In this document: positions 1-32,833 of the stretch, in pieces
Position numbering within the stretch: the stretch's first letter is position 1
How the letters are laid out: each line of letters starts with the position of its first letter
NCBI GenBank assembly: GCA_051362555.1
Contig: CM120649.1
Span: 3,100,001 to 3,164,000 of the forward strand
Source of the DNA: Lingula anatina
Lineage: Eukaryota > Animalia > Brachiopoda
Direction: 5' to 3'
Length of the DNA stretch: 64,000 nt
The notes under the pieces: generated by a model
The model's database searches: none
What the model was told of the DNA's origin: nothing
What the model saw: only the letters and a program-made list of their open reading frames with translations
Made by a program: the position numbers and the translations under genes

Positions 1-454
1 GTCACTTCATATTTAAATCATATAATTTTTTGAAGCAGCAGATAAATATGAAATCACTGTCACCTGAATAACATATGCCTCTAAGATGACAGTGAAAACC
101 TCCTCATTTCTCAAAATAAATAATAAAATATTATAAATAAACATACGATGAAATCTCTTTTCACCTGAATTGACTTTAGAACCACGTTTCCACTTTCAAT
201 TATCTCACCACAACCTATCTCTTTGTTATACTGGTTGTATTATATAATGAACAAAATTAAACATAGATGACCTGTGAGGTTTCTATTTCTACAAGGGAAA
301 GTACATGAACATGTTTGACGTGTACATGTTGGAGTGATAACAAATACTAACAGCAGCCTCCTCATATAAATTTGCCTGTTATCATGAACTTTTTTTTTTT
401 TTTTTAGGTCAGTCTACTGAACACCTATGATGGATTTTAGTCTTTCTATTATTC

Positions 455-455
<1 letters not shown>

Positions 456-498
<43 letters not shown>
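456..498. repeat. (TAA)n microsatellite
   Basis: Direct reading. Confidence 0.95.
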
Positions 499-1164
499 GA
501 CCCATTGTTTCAGAGAGATTCCTCTTCTTAATTGCTGAATATACAGGCCTGTTAATAAGGAAAATACCAGTAATAATTAATTATTGGTATAAGCATTATT
601 ATCATTATTATAATAACAGTCTTTACTTCATAATTCTTTTTATGTCACCATTTTTAATTTAAGTCTAAATGTATAATAACAGAATTATTTTATAAATCAA
701 TTAAAGTCTAAAATTTATAATTACAGAATTTGTGTAATTATATATTAGACTTAAATTATATGGATGCAATTTTTTCAATTATGAAGTCAACTCTGTCAGG
801 AAAGAGGAACAGAAATATTATATAGTGAAAAAAGTTTGTCTTTCATAAATACACAGTCAATCACATCAATCAATAGGAAGATGAAGATATAAATTTTGTG
901 CAAAAAAATTTTTTGTGGCCCCAACAAATGTTAATTTTTGAAAAAAAAATTTTTTTTACTGAGCTGCTGCTTCAGCAAGTCCCAGAAAATAGTATTTTGA
1001 TACAAATTTTGTACTGTAATATATTCTATTTCGCCATTTGCCGAGTGAATGATCATGTAAAGCTGGTACGTACTTGCATTTTCACTTTGCATAATATGTA
1101 TTATCTGCTTAAAAAATGAAGATCTGGTAAAATCATATCCACACTGCACATTCTGTTTCATTCA

Positions 1165-1204
<40 letters not shown>

Positions 1205-2479
1205 GCAAGTGTTTATACCCCCCAGTATGTGATCCTAGACCTGCCTGTAAACAGTTTACTTTCTTTCAAATAAGTTTTCAATTATTATTTCAAATTTATG
1301 CTTCCCTGAATTGAAATGGAAAGCAATGCATACATGTATATCCTTATCAAAGTCACTATTCAATTAATTTGTTAATAATTGCCAATTGAACTTAAATGTT
1401 TAATATTTCTTTATGTAGGAACTAATCTTCATAAGTATACCATTAAGTCAAACAAATAAGATTTCTAAAAATTTAGATTTTCCTTAATTAGAAATTAAAC
1501 AACTAACTTTTTAAAGGTAGAAATGCCTCTCTTCAAAAGCTTTTCTAAATCTTATAAAAATAAAATAATATTCCCCTAACACAAACTGAAAAAAAAATAT
1601 ATAAAAATGACATCTTGAGCCCATCCTTTGTCCCCGTTGTAAAGGGGCAAATTTCCAAATACATTTTTTATTAATATTATTATTATAACTATTCGTATAT
1701 CATATACTGAGTATGGGTTCAACTTCAAGCTGAAACCAAACTGCAAGTCAAAGTCACAGCGTGACCACAATTATCTAACTACACTTTAACTCAGGTCACA
1801 TGTTGGACCGAGTGTGTTAGCGTAACCCCAACCCCGGTTATCTATGGAATAAAACACGTCACCTTTATAGCTGCCTTATCTATTCGGGGCAACTGCCATC
1901 GCAAAACAAATAAATCCAGGTGCAACATGTAATTCACCAGCTGCCGAAAGGTGGTGCTGATTCAAGACGAGATTGAAATGATGTGCTCTTCGAAAAAATA
2001 TGATAGAAAACAGAAAAAAAAACAAAACATTATAAAAGACATTAACAGTGGAAAGATTGCATTTTAAAATATTTTTAAGGAGAGAATTGTTTGTTCCCCA
2101 AGTGTTTATTCTGGGTGATCGAAACACCTTTGAAAAGAGTGCAGGTGCCCGAAAATTAGGTCATGAGCTCATCAACCCAAAACGAGACTATGGCCAGCTT
2201 GGATTTTATTCCTACGCGACATTTTCACATTTTCAGTGCTTTCCCCCCATTCATAACTATTTTCTTTGTCTTTTATCATATGAAGACATTTACTATAACT
2301 TCATTCCAATTATTGATCTGAAAAATGATATGTTTAAGAAGGGGTCGCTATTAAATCAGCATATTAATAAAAGTCAAACTGATTTTGTAGAATCTGTTTT
2401 ATCAGCGCAAGATATTAACTGTACCTCGGCTCTATCCGCCATAGTTGAGTTGAAAATCTGCAAAAATACAAAGGCCGTA

Positions 2480-2900
2480 GGAATAATTCTCTTAATTTGT
2501 CACCTTCACCTGCGCGTATTAAGCGGTATACACGTCTACAGGAGCGCAAGGGATTCTAGTTTATTCTGAAGAATTTTCAGCGAGATCGGGGTCGGATATT
2601 CCCTGTACCAGAGTTTATAATTGGAACGGCGAACAAAGTGAGCTTCCACATCGGCTCGGAAAATCAGCTTGGGGTGAGTGATTATAAAGCGTAATTTCAC
2701 CGTTAACTTCAGATGCGCTGACGTTTGTCTGAATATATGAGCCAATAAGGATATTCGCCATGCTACAGACGTGCATTTACTATCACTCAGTCGATAGTAT
2801 CACAGATATAGCGTGGCCTTTATTTGGCGTCATAAATTCCGGTTCGTCGATTCGCGGCTGGCGTACACGAGGTTGCAGCGCTGCCAAGGACTTAAACGCA
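2480..2900 (+). promoter_or_regulatory. Candidate TBL1 promoter / non-coding first exon region
   Basis: Locally CpG-rich stretch in a CpG-poor background, with CCAAT (near 2742), TGACG (near 2719) and TTCCGG (near 2837). The first coding exon has an acceptor, so an upstream 5'UTR exon must exist. Confidence 0.3.
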
Positions 2901-5787
2901 TCTCTCTTACTTGTAATAAACACCGAAGCTATATATCACATTCAGCATTGATTCTAGCTTAAATTATCCCTTCAAAATATATTTAAAGTACAGATTATCG
3001 GGCAGCAGGTGTTAATGACCTGTTTGAAATAATTACGAGAGGTTACATAATGTTATGCCAGTGTTCTTCATTTAGATCTTGTTGATAGCTTCTTGATACG
3101 GTTATGTTTTCTACAGCATCATAACGGTGTTTACTGCATGTAAGTTGTCATTTGTGTCTGATGAAGGTTCTTAGTAAGAGAGGAAATTGAAGTTGTGATT
3201 TTTAGATTGTAAAAAATCGCACACGAAGCAGGCGAAAAAAGAGGTAGACCACTGTGAGCAAGTGACCTTGAAGAAATATTGGGAATCGTACTCATTCAAC
3301 TATGGAAGCAGTTACATCTGTGACACAAATACAGTCGCATAGTATTCTGCAGCCAATAAATGGAAAACAATCTGGTACAATGATGAAATGGTTAGAGACC
3401 TGCATTGCTATTATGATTGAGAGTCTGCCTTTGACAACCCAATAAACTATTTCAAAAATGTACTAGTGTTTGACAGACTTTCAAATCTGCCCCCCCCCCC
3501 CTCCCCAGCTATCATATCATGGCTTATGCACTGTTAATGTTGTGCTGTTTTTCTGTCATGTTTCATAACATTAAAATTTTTCCAAACAGGCTTACTTATG
3601 AACATTGAGGAAAAGAGAGGATTGTTTATGTAATGGGAATTTTATTGAGTGTCATTATATTTTGAGCACTTATCCCCCCCCCCCCTTTTCTATTTTTACC
3701 ATTGGCTGTATACAGTTGTATCCCACAGGGTCTTTCCATGTATAATATATTAACAGCATCAGTTACAGCTACCATCTCGTAGTACTGCAGTCAAATGGAG
3801 ACAATATATTCCCAAGTATAGTTCGATGAAATACAACAATGGTATTAAAAAGAAATGGATTGGTCTAATTACGTTGATGGAAAGAGTGAGAATTGATGGC
3901 TCTGTTTCCATTTTAACCTGGCATGTTTTACAGATCCATGACAGTGTTGTTGTGTAGAATTGTTTTATGGACCACATGGGAAAATCGATGACTGCAATGC
4001 TAATAGAATAGGTTGGCAAGAAGCCATAGTAGGCATTATCTTAGCTTAGCAGTATGTCTGTGAAAACAGGCTTGCTTTCTGTGCTTTTTATTTGAACTCA
4101 GTATAATGCTTTATCATTCTACTTTTTTTGCTGCAAATTTTCAAAGCTCATATTATGAAATTGTAGCTGTTTTTTTTATAAGCGCTTTTAACACGGTAGT
4201 ACTTTGAAGAGGCTTTGTCTGTGAAGAGTTGTCTATTGCAGTTGTAGCTGAAATTTCTCTTTGAAAACACACAGTTACAGTACTAGGAGTTGTTCACAGA
4301 TTTCCGATTATTGTATGTTTTTTAAAGATTTATCAGATTTATTATGCCCATGCATTTTCTCATTAGTGAAAAATTGAACCCTTGTTCCTGAATGCTTAAA
4401 TAGCTTTTATTTATATGATAATTGCTTTAAAATTTCACCATTTTATAATATATTGGACATTTTTAGGATTTATCTTTTTCAGACACTCTATGTACTTTGT
4501 AACATGAACTTCATTGAAGCCAACAATAATTAAATTAACGTATAATAATTTTGCAAGTTCATTGAAAAAGCAAATATTATATGATATTGATAATTTGTTT
4601 TTTTTTTTGGGGGGGGGGATTACTTATCACAGTTGTTCAAATTAATTGAGTAATTACTATAGCATACTGTTATGGGAAAATAAAGATTATTTTGAGGTTT
4701 TATGAAAAATAACTACATAGCGAAATGCGGAGTGTGATTTATGCATGTATGATGCTGAAACATGTACTATTTTGACTCGGGCAGTCACCAATTACTTTTG
4801 CTGGTCATAAATTCTATTTAATTCTATTTACATGATGTAAAAGTTCATTTACAACCCCATAGCACACCACTGCCTTGCTATAAAAGAGTGTAATGACATT
4901 CAGAGCTACTAGTTTTCTCCAAGTTTTAGGCAATCTATTTTCCTTTATGAAAGGTAGGACATGTCTGATGGAAAGGTATGTATGTGGTAAATGAGGTCGG
5001 TTGAAAAAAAGAACGAGAAAAGTGGAACAGATTTTTATCTTGCAGCTAGAGTTTCGTTACTATGTGTTATATGTGTTATAGGAGGACAGGCTGTTCTTTT
5101 TTTAACTGGATTATGTATTTTGAATTGGTCTGATTTGTTATGTACGGTAGGGCAAATTGCATACTCCAGTGAAAATCATCAGATGAGAAATTTTGTTCAT
5201 TGCATAAAAGAAGCATAGCACATTAGTTCTGAAAATTCTACTCAGGTTATTGCCCTTTATTTGCACTGCATTCCGACGCAAAAAGAACATTATTCAATCA
5301 ACATAATATAGATAATGTATAAAACATGTTACAAATGAGAAATATATATAGAGTGAGAATTGCCAAAGAGGAAATGGGTAGAAATGAGGTCATTTCAAAG
5401 TTATCATTTCATCTTTGTTAGGCCAGCATAAACCTCAAGAGAAAATAGTTTTTTTTTTTTTTACTGAAGTGACTATGTGTTTCCTGGTATTTTGGTTAAC
5501 ATATGATGGTTTGTTATGAAGAATATATGCCACACTGTAATGGTACTGCAGTCATGTTAAATTACATTTGCAAGTGGGTGGATTGGAGCGATAATCGGAT
5601 TACCTTTGATTGGCTGCAGGTGTCAACAAAATAATTATTTAAAGATTGTTGTTTACCAGAGGAAGGAGTAACATTTAACATGATTGTTGCAATGTTATGT
5701 ATTGTCTGCCACATGTTGGTATCAGATTCTGTGTGATCACAGTTATAATAACTGCAACTAGACCCTTGTCCCCCCCCCCCCCCACCA

Positions 5788-5821
<34 letters not shown>

Positions 5822-6916
5822 ATGGAAATTAGTGGCAATATGATGGTGTAATACACAGATATGTGGACCTGTGTTGATTATTGTTCCAATTTACAGCTGG
5901 GAAATATGTTGTAACAGTATTAAATGTAAGGATAAGTATGGAATGTTTTGGAGTCATGTTATTTTTTGGAAAAATTGACCTGGTTTAAGAAATGTGCTTT
6001 AGTATGTAATAGGGCGTGAAAGTACTATTCCCCAGGGAATATAAAGTTGGCCTTGGGGAAAACAGACAGTATGTCAGTAAGGATAACCTTCATTTTAAAT
6101 TCTTGAAATTTTGAGGGAAATTGGCCTTTGTGGAAAAATGGAATTTTCCCAATATTATGATCCCATTTTTAGTGAGAGATGAGAGGGTAAATCTTGAAGA
6201 CCAGTTATAAATAAGATACAAGTGTGAATTCTTCTTGTCTCTGTTTGAAGAGGGTAGAGCTGGAATGACTTTGGCTGTATATATTTATTTTTTCCATTAA
6301 TTCTACAAGAGGGTAGAACTGGAATGACTATGACTGTATATGTGCTAATTATTTATAAAGCTGCCCTTTGGTAAGTTATATATGCAGCAGAGAGCTGGTT
6401 ACAATATCATATTGTTAATAGTAATCATGAATACATTAATTTCATGTCAATCTTGAGATCATACAATTGAATAGAACAGTTATAATTATGACTGTGAATT
6501 TATCTTAACTGTCTGCTTGGGGACTAAAAAGAGAAAAGCTGGCAGTATGATATTGATAACCATATTTATATAGAGCTCGGCTTTCTGTTTGGAGACTTAT
6601 AGAGCTGCAAGTCGTGCTGATATTTTTGCAGTAGCCTTATAAATGACTTGGGATCAATATATGGGATGATGGGGAAAATGTTTACGTGGGTGAAAGCAGT
6701 TTTTTTTACCATGGGTCAATATGAACTCTGTGTACCGCATTAAACAGATGACGAGCAGTAAATATTGGTGTTTAGATATTAATTGACTCAAAAATGTGGT
6801 TGATGAGAAAAAAAGAGGACTGAAATTACAGTCTGGCTGCATTTTTTTTCCTTTTGATTGAAAAGAAATGCAATCAGATTGGAGTTAATAAAAGGCAAGA
6901 AAAAGTGTTTAATTTT

Positions 6917-9441
6917 TATGTACAGACACAGATGTGTCTGTACATATTGCCATCACCTGCGTCTGTCGTCGCCGTCGTCGCCGATGCCGATGCCGATGCC
7001 GATGGCGTCGCCGTGCACTTTCACTGTAAACACGATAAGTGGAACACAGTTTTATTTTTTGGTTTTATATTTACAGAGCTGATGAATATTCATAAAACGC
7101 AGGTCAAGTTCGAAAATCAGCATGATCGGGCCATTATTGTAGAAGTTATGCTGTTTTTTCACTTTTCAGCATATATGCAACCCTGTAAACACATTTTAAG
7201 GAAAACCGTTAGGCCTGTTGTCATGAAACTCAGAGAAGTAATCAATCTTTTTAAAACGCAGGTCAAGTCCGAAAATGGGCATGATCGGGCCACTATTTTA
7301 GTAGTTATGCTGTTTTTTCCTTTTTTCAGCATATGTGCAACACTGTAAACACAATTTAAGAAAAACAGATGGGCCAATTGTCATTAAACTCACAGGAGTG
7401 GTCAATCTTACTAAAACGCAGGTTGAGTTCGAAAATCAGCATAATCGGGCCATTATTTTAGAAGTTATGCTGTTTTTTCACATTTCCTCAGATTCAATTC
7501 TTAGGCATGTTAACAGTCTTATTATTTTACTAATAAGATACATTAAAGTGTTTGTTTGACATTTCCTGCATCTTTACAACATTGTTAGTAGATTATGTAA
7601 AAATGATGGTAAACTTGTTATCGTGTATTGTGTAATAAAGTGTCAAAAATGGAAATAAACTCATATCATTGCAGTTTGTCAGATTCAAGAAAAACAGATG
7701 GGCCAATTGTCATTAAACTCACAGGAGTGGTCAATCTTACTAAAACGCAGGTTGAGTTCGAAAATCAGCATAATCGGGCCATTATTTTAGAAGTTATGCT
7801 GTTTTTTCACATTTCCTCAGATTCAATTCTTAGGCATGTTAACAGTCTTATTATTTAACTAATAAGACATGTAAAAGTGTTTGGTTGACATTTCCTGCAT
7901 CTTTACAACATTATTAGTTGATTATGTAAAAATGATGGTAAACTTGTTATCTTGTATTGTGTAATAAAGTTTCAAAAATGGAAACAAACTCATATCATTG
8001 CAGTTTGTCAGATTTAATCATTCACTATGTTCAGAATCTCAGAATGGAGGAAATTGGACATTTAACACTGTTGTATTGATATTTTTCCCATCTCATCAAT
8101 TTTCTTAGTTGATCGTATAAAAATGGCAGTAACCTGTTAATTTTGTTTTATGTTTAAAAAATTGTTAAAAATGGAAAAAAAAAAAAAACATTTCAGAACA
8201 GTGCTGTCTTGTTTACATTTTGGCATTTTCAAGTTGTGACTTTGAAGTTCCATGGGCCTGAAGACCTTTGCTAGTCACATTTTCTGAATATCCATGATAC
8301 TAATATTTTATTATTAGAAATTGATGGTCATTATGCTGTTAAACATTATGTAATATTGCATCAAAATTTGAAAAAAATCTATTTTGGGCACTGCTCCCAT
8401 GATGAGCATTTAAGAAAAACCATGTCACTTACTGTTCTCAAACAGTACAGTAAATATGTACAGATGTGTCTGTACATATTGCCATCACCTGCGTCTGTCG
8501 TCGCCGTCGTCACTCTCGCTGGTGCCGTGCACTTTCATTGTAAACACGATAAGTGGAAGGCAATTTTACTTTTTGACTGTATATTTACAGAGCTGATGAA
8601 TATTCATAAAATGCAGATCAAGTTCGAAAATCAGCATGATCGGGCCACTATTTTAGTAGTTATGCTGTTTTTTCATTTTTCAGCATATATGCAACACTGT
8701 AAACACAATATAAGAAAAACAGGCCAATTGTCATTAAACTCACAGGAGTGGTCATTCCTGCTAAAACGCAGGTTGAGTTAAAAAAAACAGCATAATCGGG
8801 CCATTATTTTAAAAAAATGCCGTTTTTTCACATTTCCTCAGATTCAGTTCTTAGGCATGTTAACAGTTTCATTATTTAATTAATAAGATACGTAAAAGTG
8901 TTTGTTTGGCATTTCCTGCATCTTTACAACATTATTAGTTGATTATGTAAAAATGATGGTAAACTTGTTATCATGTATTGTGTAATAAAGTTTCAAAAAT
9001 GGAAATAAACTCATATCATTGCAGTTTGTCAGATTCAATCATTCACTATGTTCAGAATCTCAGAATGGAAGAAATTGGACATTTAACACTGCTCTATTGA
9101 TATTTTCCCCATCTCATCAATTTTCTTAGTTGATCATATAAAAACGGCAGTAAACTGTTAATTTTGTGTTATGTTAAAAATTATAAAAAATAAAAAAAAA
9201 ACATTTCAGAACAGTGCTGTCTTGTTTACATTTTGGCATTTTCAAGTTGTGACTTGAAGTTCCATGGGCCTGAAGACCTTTGCTAGTCACATTTTCTGAT
9301 TATCCATAATACTAATATTTTATTATTAAAATTGATGGTCATTATGCTGTTAAACATTATGTAATATTGCATCAAAATTTGAAAAAAAGTATTTTGGGCA
9401 CTGCTGCCATGAGGACCATTATGGGAAAATCATGTTACTTA
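6917..9441 (+). repeat. Helentron/DINE-1-like element with internal ~165-bp satellite units, inside a local tandem duplication (about 6917-8432 and 8456-9441; inner 329-bp duplication 7358-7686 / 7687-8015)
   Basis: 5' palindrome tatgtacagacaca-ga-tgtgtctgtacata after a T-run, then a (GTC/GCCGAT)n microsatellite, then repeated aaaacgcaggtcaagttcgaaaatcagcatgatcgggcc units. Confidence 0.7.
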
Positions 9442-10552
9442 TGATTGCCTTACTTTCAATAAAAGAAATACAGGACTTAAATGCAGCCTGAGTTGGAAAA
9501 GCAGTCTAATTGGCTTCTTTTTCTGGAAGTTATACATATACAAAGTGTGAACTTGTTACACATTTTACTTACATTGGTATTACCTGTTGAGCATAATTAA
9601 AATTTGATGTTGAATTTGCAGTTTAACATAATGTACTTTTGCATCAGAATTGACAGTAGCCTATTTTGTGCATAGTTATTTCCTGTTTTTTGTCTGTACA
9701 TTTGACAGCTTTGCTGCCTTGTTGGTTTTACCATTTATGAAATTAAGTGTACTCTGACTCAAGATACATCAGTAAATGATGCGATTTTAAAGTGGAATAC
9801 TGTGTCCGTTGTAAGAACAAGAAACACATAGTGTTAGAGAGATGAGACCAAAAAACTTTTTATTTTGGACCAGTTGTGAAAAAATAAGCCAATTTTGTGA
9901 CAGAAGTGCATTTTGTGAAACCAGGCCCAGAATGTATGTCATCTAGCATTGATTTTGTATTTTCATATTGTGATAGTCATCATAGCTAAGCTCTGGTATG
10001 CCTTTCTCTGACTGTTGTTGTCTGACTTATTACTGTCTTGGAATATCGATTTTTTTCCTAATTACCCGAGGATTTCATTAGATATATAGAAGGAAGTAAG
10101 AGAAGGGAAGCTAGGGAGGAGGGGTGATATAAACAAATAATGAGATATTACATCAGTATTGATTGAGATGAGGCTAATTTCAGTCGTGGAATATTGATCT
10201 GTGAAATGCCATCAAGATTATAAATAAATTAATACCATTTGGTCCCTCACTAAGGATTTTAAGGAAAGATTGTCCTAAATTTATTTGAAAAGGAAGAAAA
10301 GGTCATGATGGCTTTGGGGGGGGGGGGGGGGGGTGAAATGCACTCATCAGATGTGGAATGCTTCAGCTAATTGCCGAGTGCTTGTTTCTGTATTCTGTAT
10401 TATTCAGGAACCATATTACTCTGACTTAAATCAGTTTTGATATTTTTGCAGTATATTTTTATCAGGCAAATTTGTTGTCCTTGGTTTTAAGAATTTAAGT
10501 CATTGTTGTGCCACAGGATTGACCTTTGATTTATTACCTATTGTATTTTTAG

Positions 10553-10602
<50 letters not shown>

Positions 10603-10944
10603 TTATTTTCAGTGATATATTATTTCGTATTTATAAGCAAATATTAATTACTCTATTAGGCTGGTAAACTGTAGTACAAAATACTTTTCCTTCAAAACTC
10701 TGCCTCAGGAGCTGGCATCATGCCCAGTAAGGGGAGCTCAGGTGAACATATTGCATAATCTGACCTAGACAAACAGAAATCCTACACCAGGGACCAAAGG
10801 AGCTTTTTTTCTGGTTACAGTGGTCATTGGTCAGTGTTGGCCATTGGAATTTATTTGTAATATGGGCAGGTCTCCGTTGGTGTGGTTTAATAATAATAAT
10901 AAAAATAATAATAAGTTATTGAACACAGAAATGTTTTTACATTA

Positions 10945-11058
<114 letters not shown>

Positions 11059-11592
11059 AAAAATAGTAAATAAAATAAATTATATATAAGCAGATGCGGG
11101 TTAAGTACTGTTGAAGCCTATAAAATGTGTCAGGGCCTTAAGAGATTTTGACCTTGTTTTACTCAGCCATCTGTTGAATTTAAATTATTGAGATGAGTGT
11201 ATAATATTACAAATGATGCAGATGTTGATGACATGTTTTGTGGTTGGTTTGTACTGCCCATCTGCTCAGTCTGGGGTAGGAGTTTCTTTTAGCTAAAAAG
11301 CTGGATGATTTGAGCCAAACAAAATAAATTGAACATATTCAGTGATACATTTGGCAAAATGAAAATAAAAGAAAAAAAAACTAAGATTTTTAAAAGCTTG
11401 ATTAGAATATATATATCTAAATATACATTTCTGTTATGGATTGTTACTGTAATCTTTGTATGTTGGTACCACTGTGGCTTTTGCCATATTGTGACTGTTG
11501 TTGTAATAAGTGACTATTGTTGTTGTTGCAGGTTTCACTCATTCCGCCATCAGATGATTGTTGACGCCGTAAGCTGACATTGTCTGGTCACG

Positions 11593-29856
<18,264 letters not shown>

Positions 29857-32392
29857 AGTGGCTGTTGGAGCAGCGTTGGCGTTGTTTTAGGGCGACTACC
29901 TCAGTTCTCGTGCCAGCAACTATCTCAGGGCACATCTCCATGTAGGCAGACAGGAATTTGAGGCACATCTCCATGTAAGCAGACGGGACACATCTCCCAA
30001 GACAAGCTGTTTGCAGGGGGGGGAGAAAAAAGCAAAGGGATTCCTTTGCTTTGTTTTTCATGTATTAAACATGGAAACTTGCCTTCTGGTGACAAGTTAA
30101 ATCAGTTCGTCCAAACCAGATGGAAATCTCGCCTGCAGAGTGGTATCATCTTGGCTACTGCACTGCCATCTACTGGTGCCTCAGAGAGTGTGGATGCATG
30201 GTGTAAAGTGCTGCATGGTAATGTTATTGAAGGCATCGAGAAGTTGTTTGCCAATAGAAGTATACATTTATTCCTCCTGCCCTGGGAGGGAGGGACATGT
30301 ATAGAAGGATGGAAGGTTAGAAGGAACTATTCCTCAGACAGGCAAGCCTCGTGTGGAAAAGAAATACATGGTTAGGGCCCCTTTGTGGAGGACTGCAGGT
30401 AGAATCAGGGATTTTTATAACAAACAAAGGATTCATACTTCGCAATAAGCACTACTGGCTGCCTACACAGAAAGGAACACATAAACACTACTTCAGTTTG
30501 AATCAGGTGGTAACATAGGAAAAGAAAAAGAGAGAGAAAGGACTGCCAACGGCAAAGGGTTGAAGTTCCTGTATGTAGGGCAACTTAAGTTGCTACATGT
30601 GGGTTGACTTTATAATCAGTTGATTTTGTCCATGTAAATTCACAATCTGGTAGGTCACTTAGGGGAAAAAATCCAGCTGTGTGTTTATGCTAATGACCAG
30701 AGCTTCACTTTTTAAAAATAAAGAAAAAGGTGAGAAAAGCCACGGGTCGTTAGAACCAGACACCTTGGACATTGATCTCAGCTTAAAGTGACCACGGGTC
30801 AATAAAAAATGGCCGACTACTGTTCTGACCATGTAGGGTCGTTTAGAAATTATATATAATGAAATAAAAAAGTGTGTTTATAATGTAGAGGCATAGAGAA
30901 GGCATGGAACCTGATAGCAGGCACACATGCCGAGCTAAGTTGATGTGTACAATGTTATTTTAAATGCTAGAGAACCACTTCCAAGGAAAGTGTGTATGGT
31001 TGATCTGCTCTTTTTTATATTGAATCATGAGTATTGAATTTATTCTGTGGGTCTGAGGGGGTGACCCAGTTGAAGGGGGAGGGGGCGGGGGATATTTGTT
31101 GGTTACAGGGTGTGTACAAAGTTCGTGCTCATTCAGTGGTGTGAATTTTGTTCTTTAAATCCAAGATGGCTAAAACGGAGTTTTCATGTACGTGAAGAGA
31201 GTTTTTGGTGACAGCAGGGCTGTGTTATAGGTTAGATTTTTAATTTTTTGGCAGTTAAAAATGTTTTGAATTCACTTTAAAAGGAGAACAAGGTGAAGGT
31301 GAAAAAATTGAGGATGAATATTTTTCTTATATTTGCCTGCACCACTGATGTTCATGCTCTTTGTGTTCACCCTGTATTTGGTTTGCGTTGAGATTGAAGT
31401 TTGCTTGTAAAATGTTAAAGTGTTACATATTATTGATATTTTTTTGTACAGTTTCGTGTACATAGTGAAACCTTGTGTAGTAGCACAGTGCAAAATGCCG
31501 AGTCATGCCCTATGCCGCCGCCATAGTGTGTGGCACGGTGCTGACATCTGGTGGTTTTGGCACTGGTCTAGTTCCCCTCCATCATTTTGTGTTGTATATA
31601 GATTATTACTCTCTGTCAAACTCCGTTTGTCAAAGTAGTGAGCTGTTTATATCAGTTAAAATGTGTCCACCTCCGTTGTTCGCCTATCACTCCCTCCAAG
31701 TTCACATGATTTGTAAGTGTAATACGTTTTATCATTGGACACTTAATAATTTGACTCTAGGTTGCAGTTAGGATTAATATGTATCAGCACGGTCGACCTT
31801 CACCTTGCAACAGGTGACCTTGGCACTTTTGACCTTGACCTTCATTCGGAAAAGATGTCGTTATAAGAAAGTGATTGGGATCCCGCCCCATAGATGTTTT
31901 GAATTTATGTTAGTTACGAAGTTAAGGTTTGATTCTGGATTTTAGAATGTAACCAAAAGTTTCAGCATTTTCCTTACCTTTTGATAGGCAAGTGTACACA
32001 TTGAAATGTTTTTCTTGGATATTTGATGGTGTCAAAAAGATAATAGTAAACCAAAGATAATCTTCACACACTGTTGTTGCACATGCCTCCGTTGACTAAC
32101 AAACACCGGTGTAGATGGCGCTAGTCATCAATATAACCTTTTTTTTTTCATTTTTATTATTTATATATAATTAATTTCTTTGCACAGTCTTTTGGAAATG
32201 TTAAAAAGGATAACAACCCATCCAACTTTTGTCATAATGACACCGTTATTGATTTTTTTTCTCTTTCACAAAATGTGTCTGGTGGTAAATTTTGCTCCTT
32301 AACCAGTTGTGTTGGCCGCACCTCCCCCCGTAGTGTCCGTGTACTATAGCCACACATATTAACGATGAATCAGTTATATTTGACATACTGGA

Positions 32393-32398
32393 AATAAA
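32393..32398 (+). terminator. Candidate poly(A) signal of TBL1 (about 2.5-kb 3' UTR)
   Basis: AATAAA followed about 35 nt later by a GT/T-rich tract (gatgtgttgttctttgc); earlier AATAAA motifs also exist (e.g. near 30863). Confidence 0.45.
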
Positions 32399-32648
32399 TT
32401 GCTATATTTTGATATGACCTTAAGACGGCTTGATGTGTTGTTCTTTGCTCTTCTGGGAATGTTTAAACATGCAACCACTGGCAACGCGCGATTGAACTTC
32501 AAAGTGAAAAAATAATAATACATGTAAAAGTACATATAGCAAAAAGTAAAAATAATTTAAATGTAGTAATTAAGAAATATCCTGCAAATTGAAAAAAATA
32601 TGTTCTTTCCCCTGAAATACATAAAATCACAATCTGAAAACTCATCAG

Positions 32649-32833
32649 AGGGCGCATTCAGAACACGTTGGTTTGCGGACTAACAGGTCCGCGGATCAAA
32701 TATGGCGCCACCCGCGATTTAATTGCCTGCCCCCGCTGGGACGGCGCACGTGGGAGGCAGGAATCCATCGTCAGATTTCACATTTGGTCCGCGAACTAGT
32801 TACTCCACGAGTCAACTTTGTTGTGAATGCTCT
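32649..32833. mobile_element. MITE family B-related
   Basis: gcgcattcagaaca...gactaacaggtccgcggatcaaatatggc with a degenerate inverted partner. Confidence 0.65.

Noticed and set aside
2048-2569. 173-aa ORF
   Set aside because: It starts at GTG and has no recognisable motif or exon structure; likely a chance ORF.
6854-8781. Paralogous-looking ORFs of 164 and 141 aa
   Set aside because: They derive from the duplicated satellite-bearing repeat, have no domain signature, and frames differ between units.
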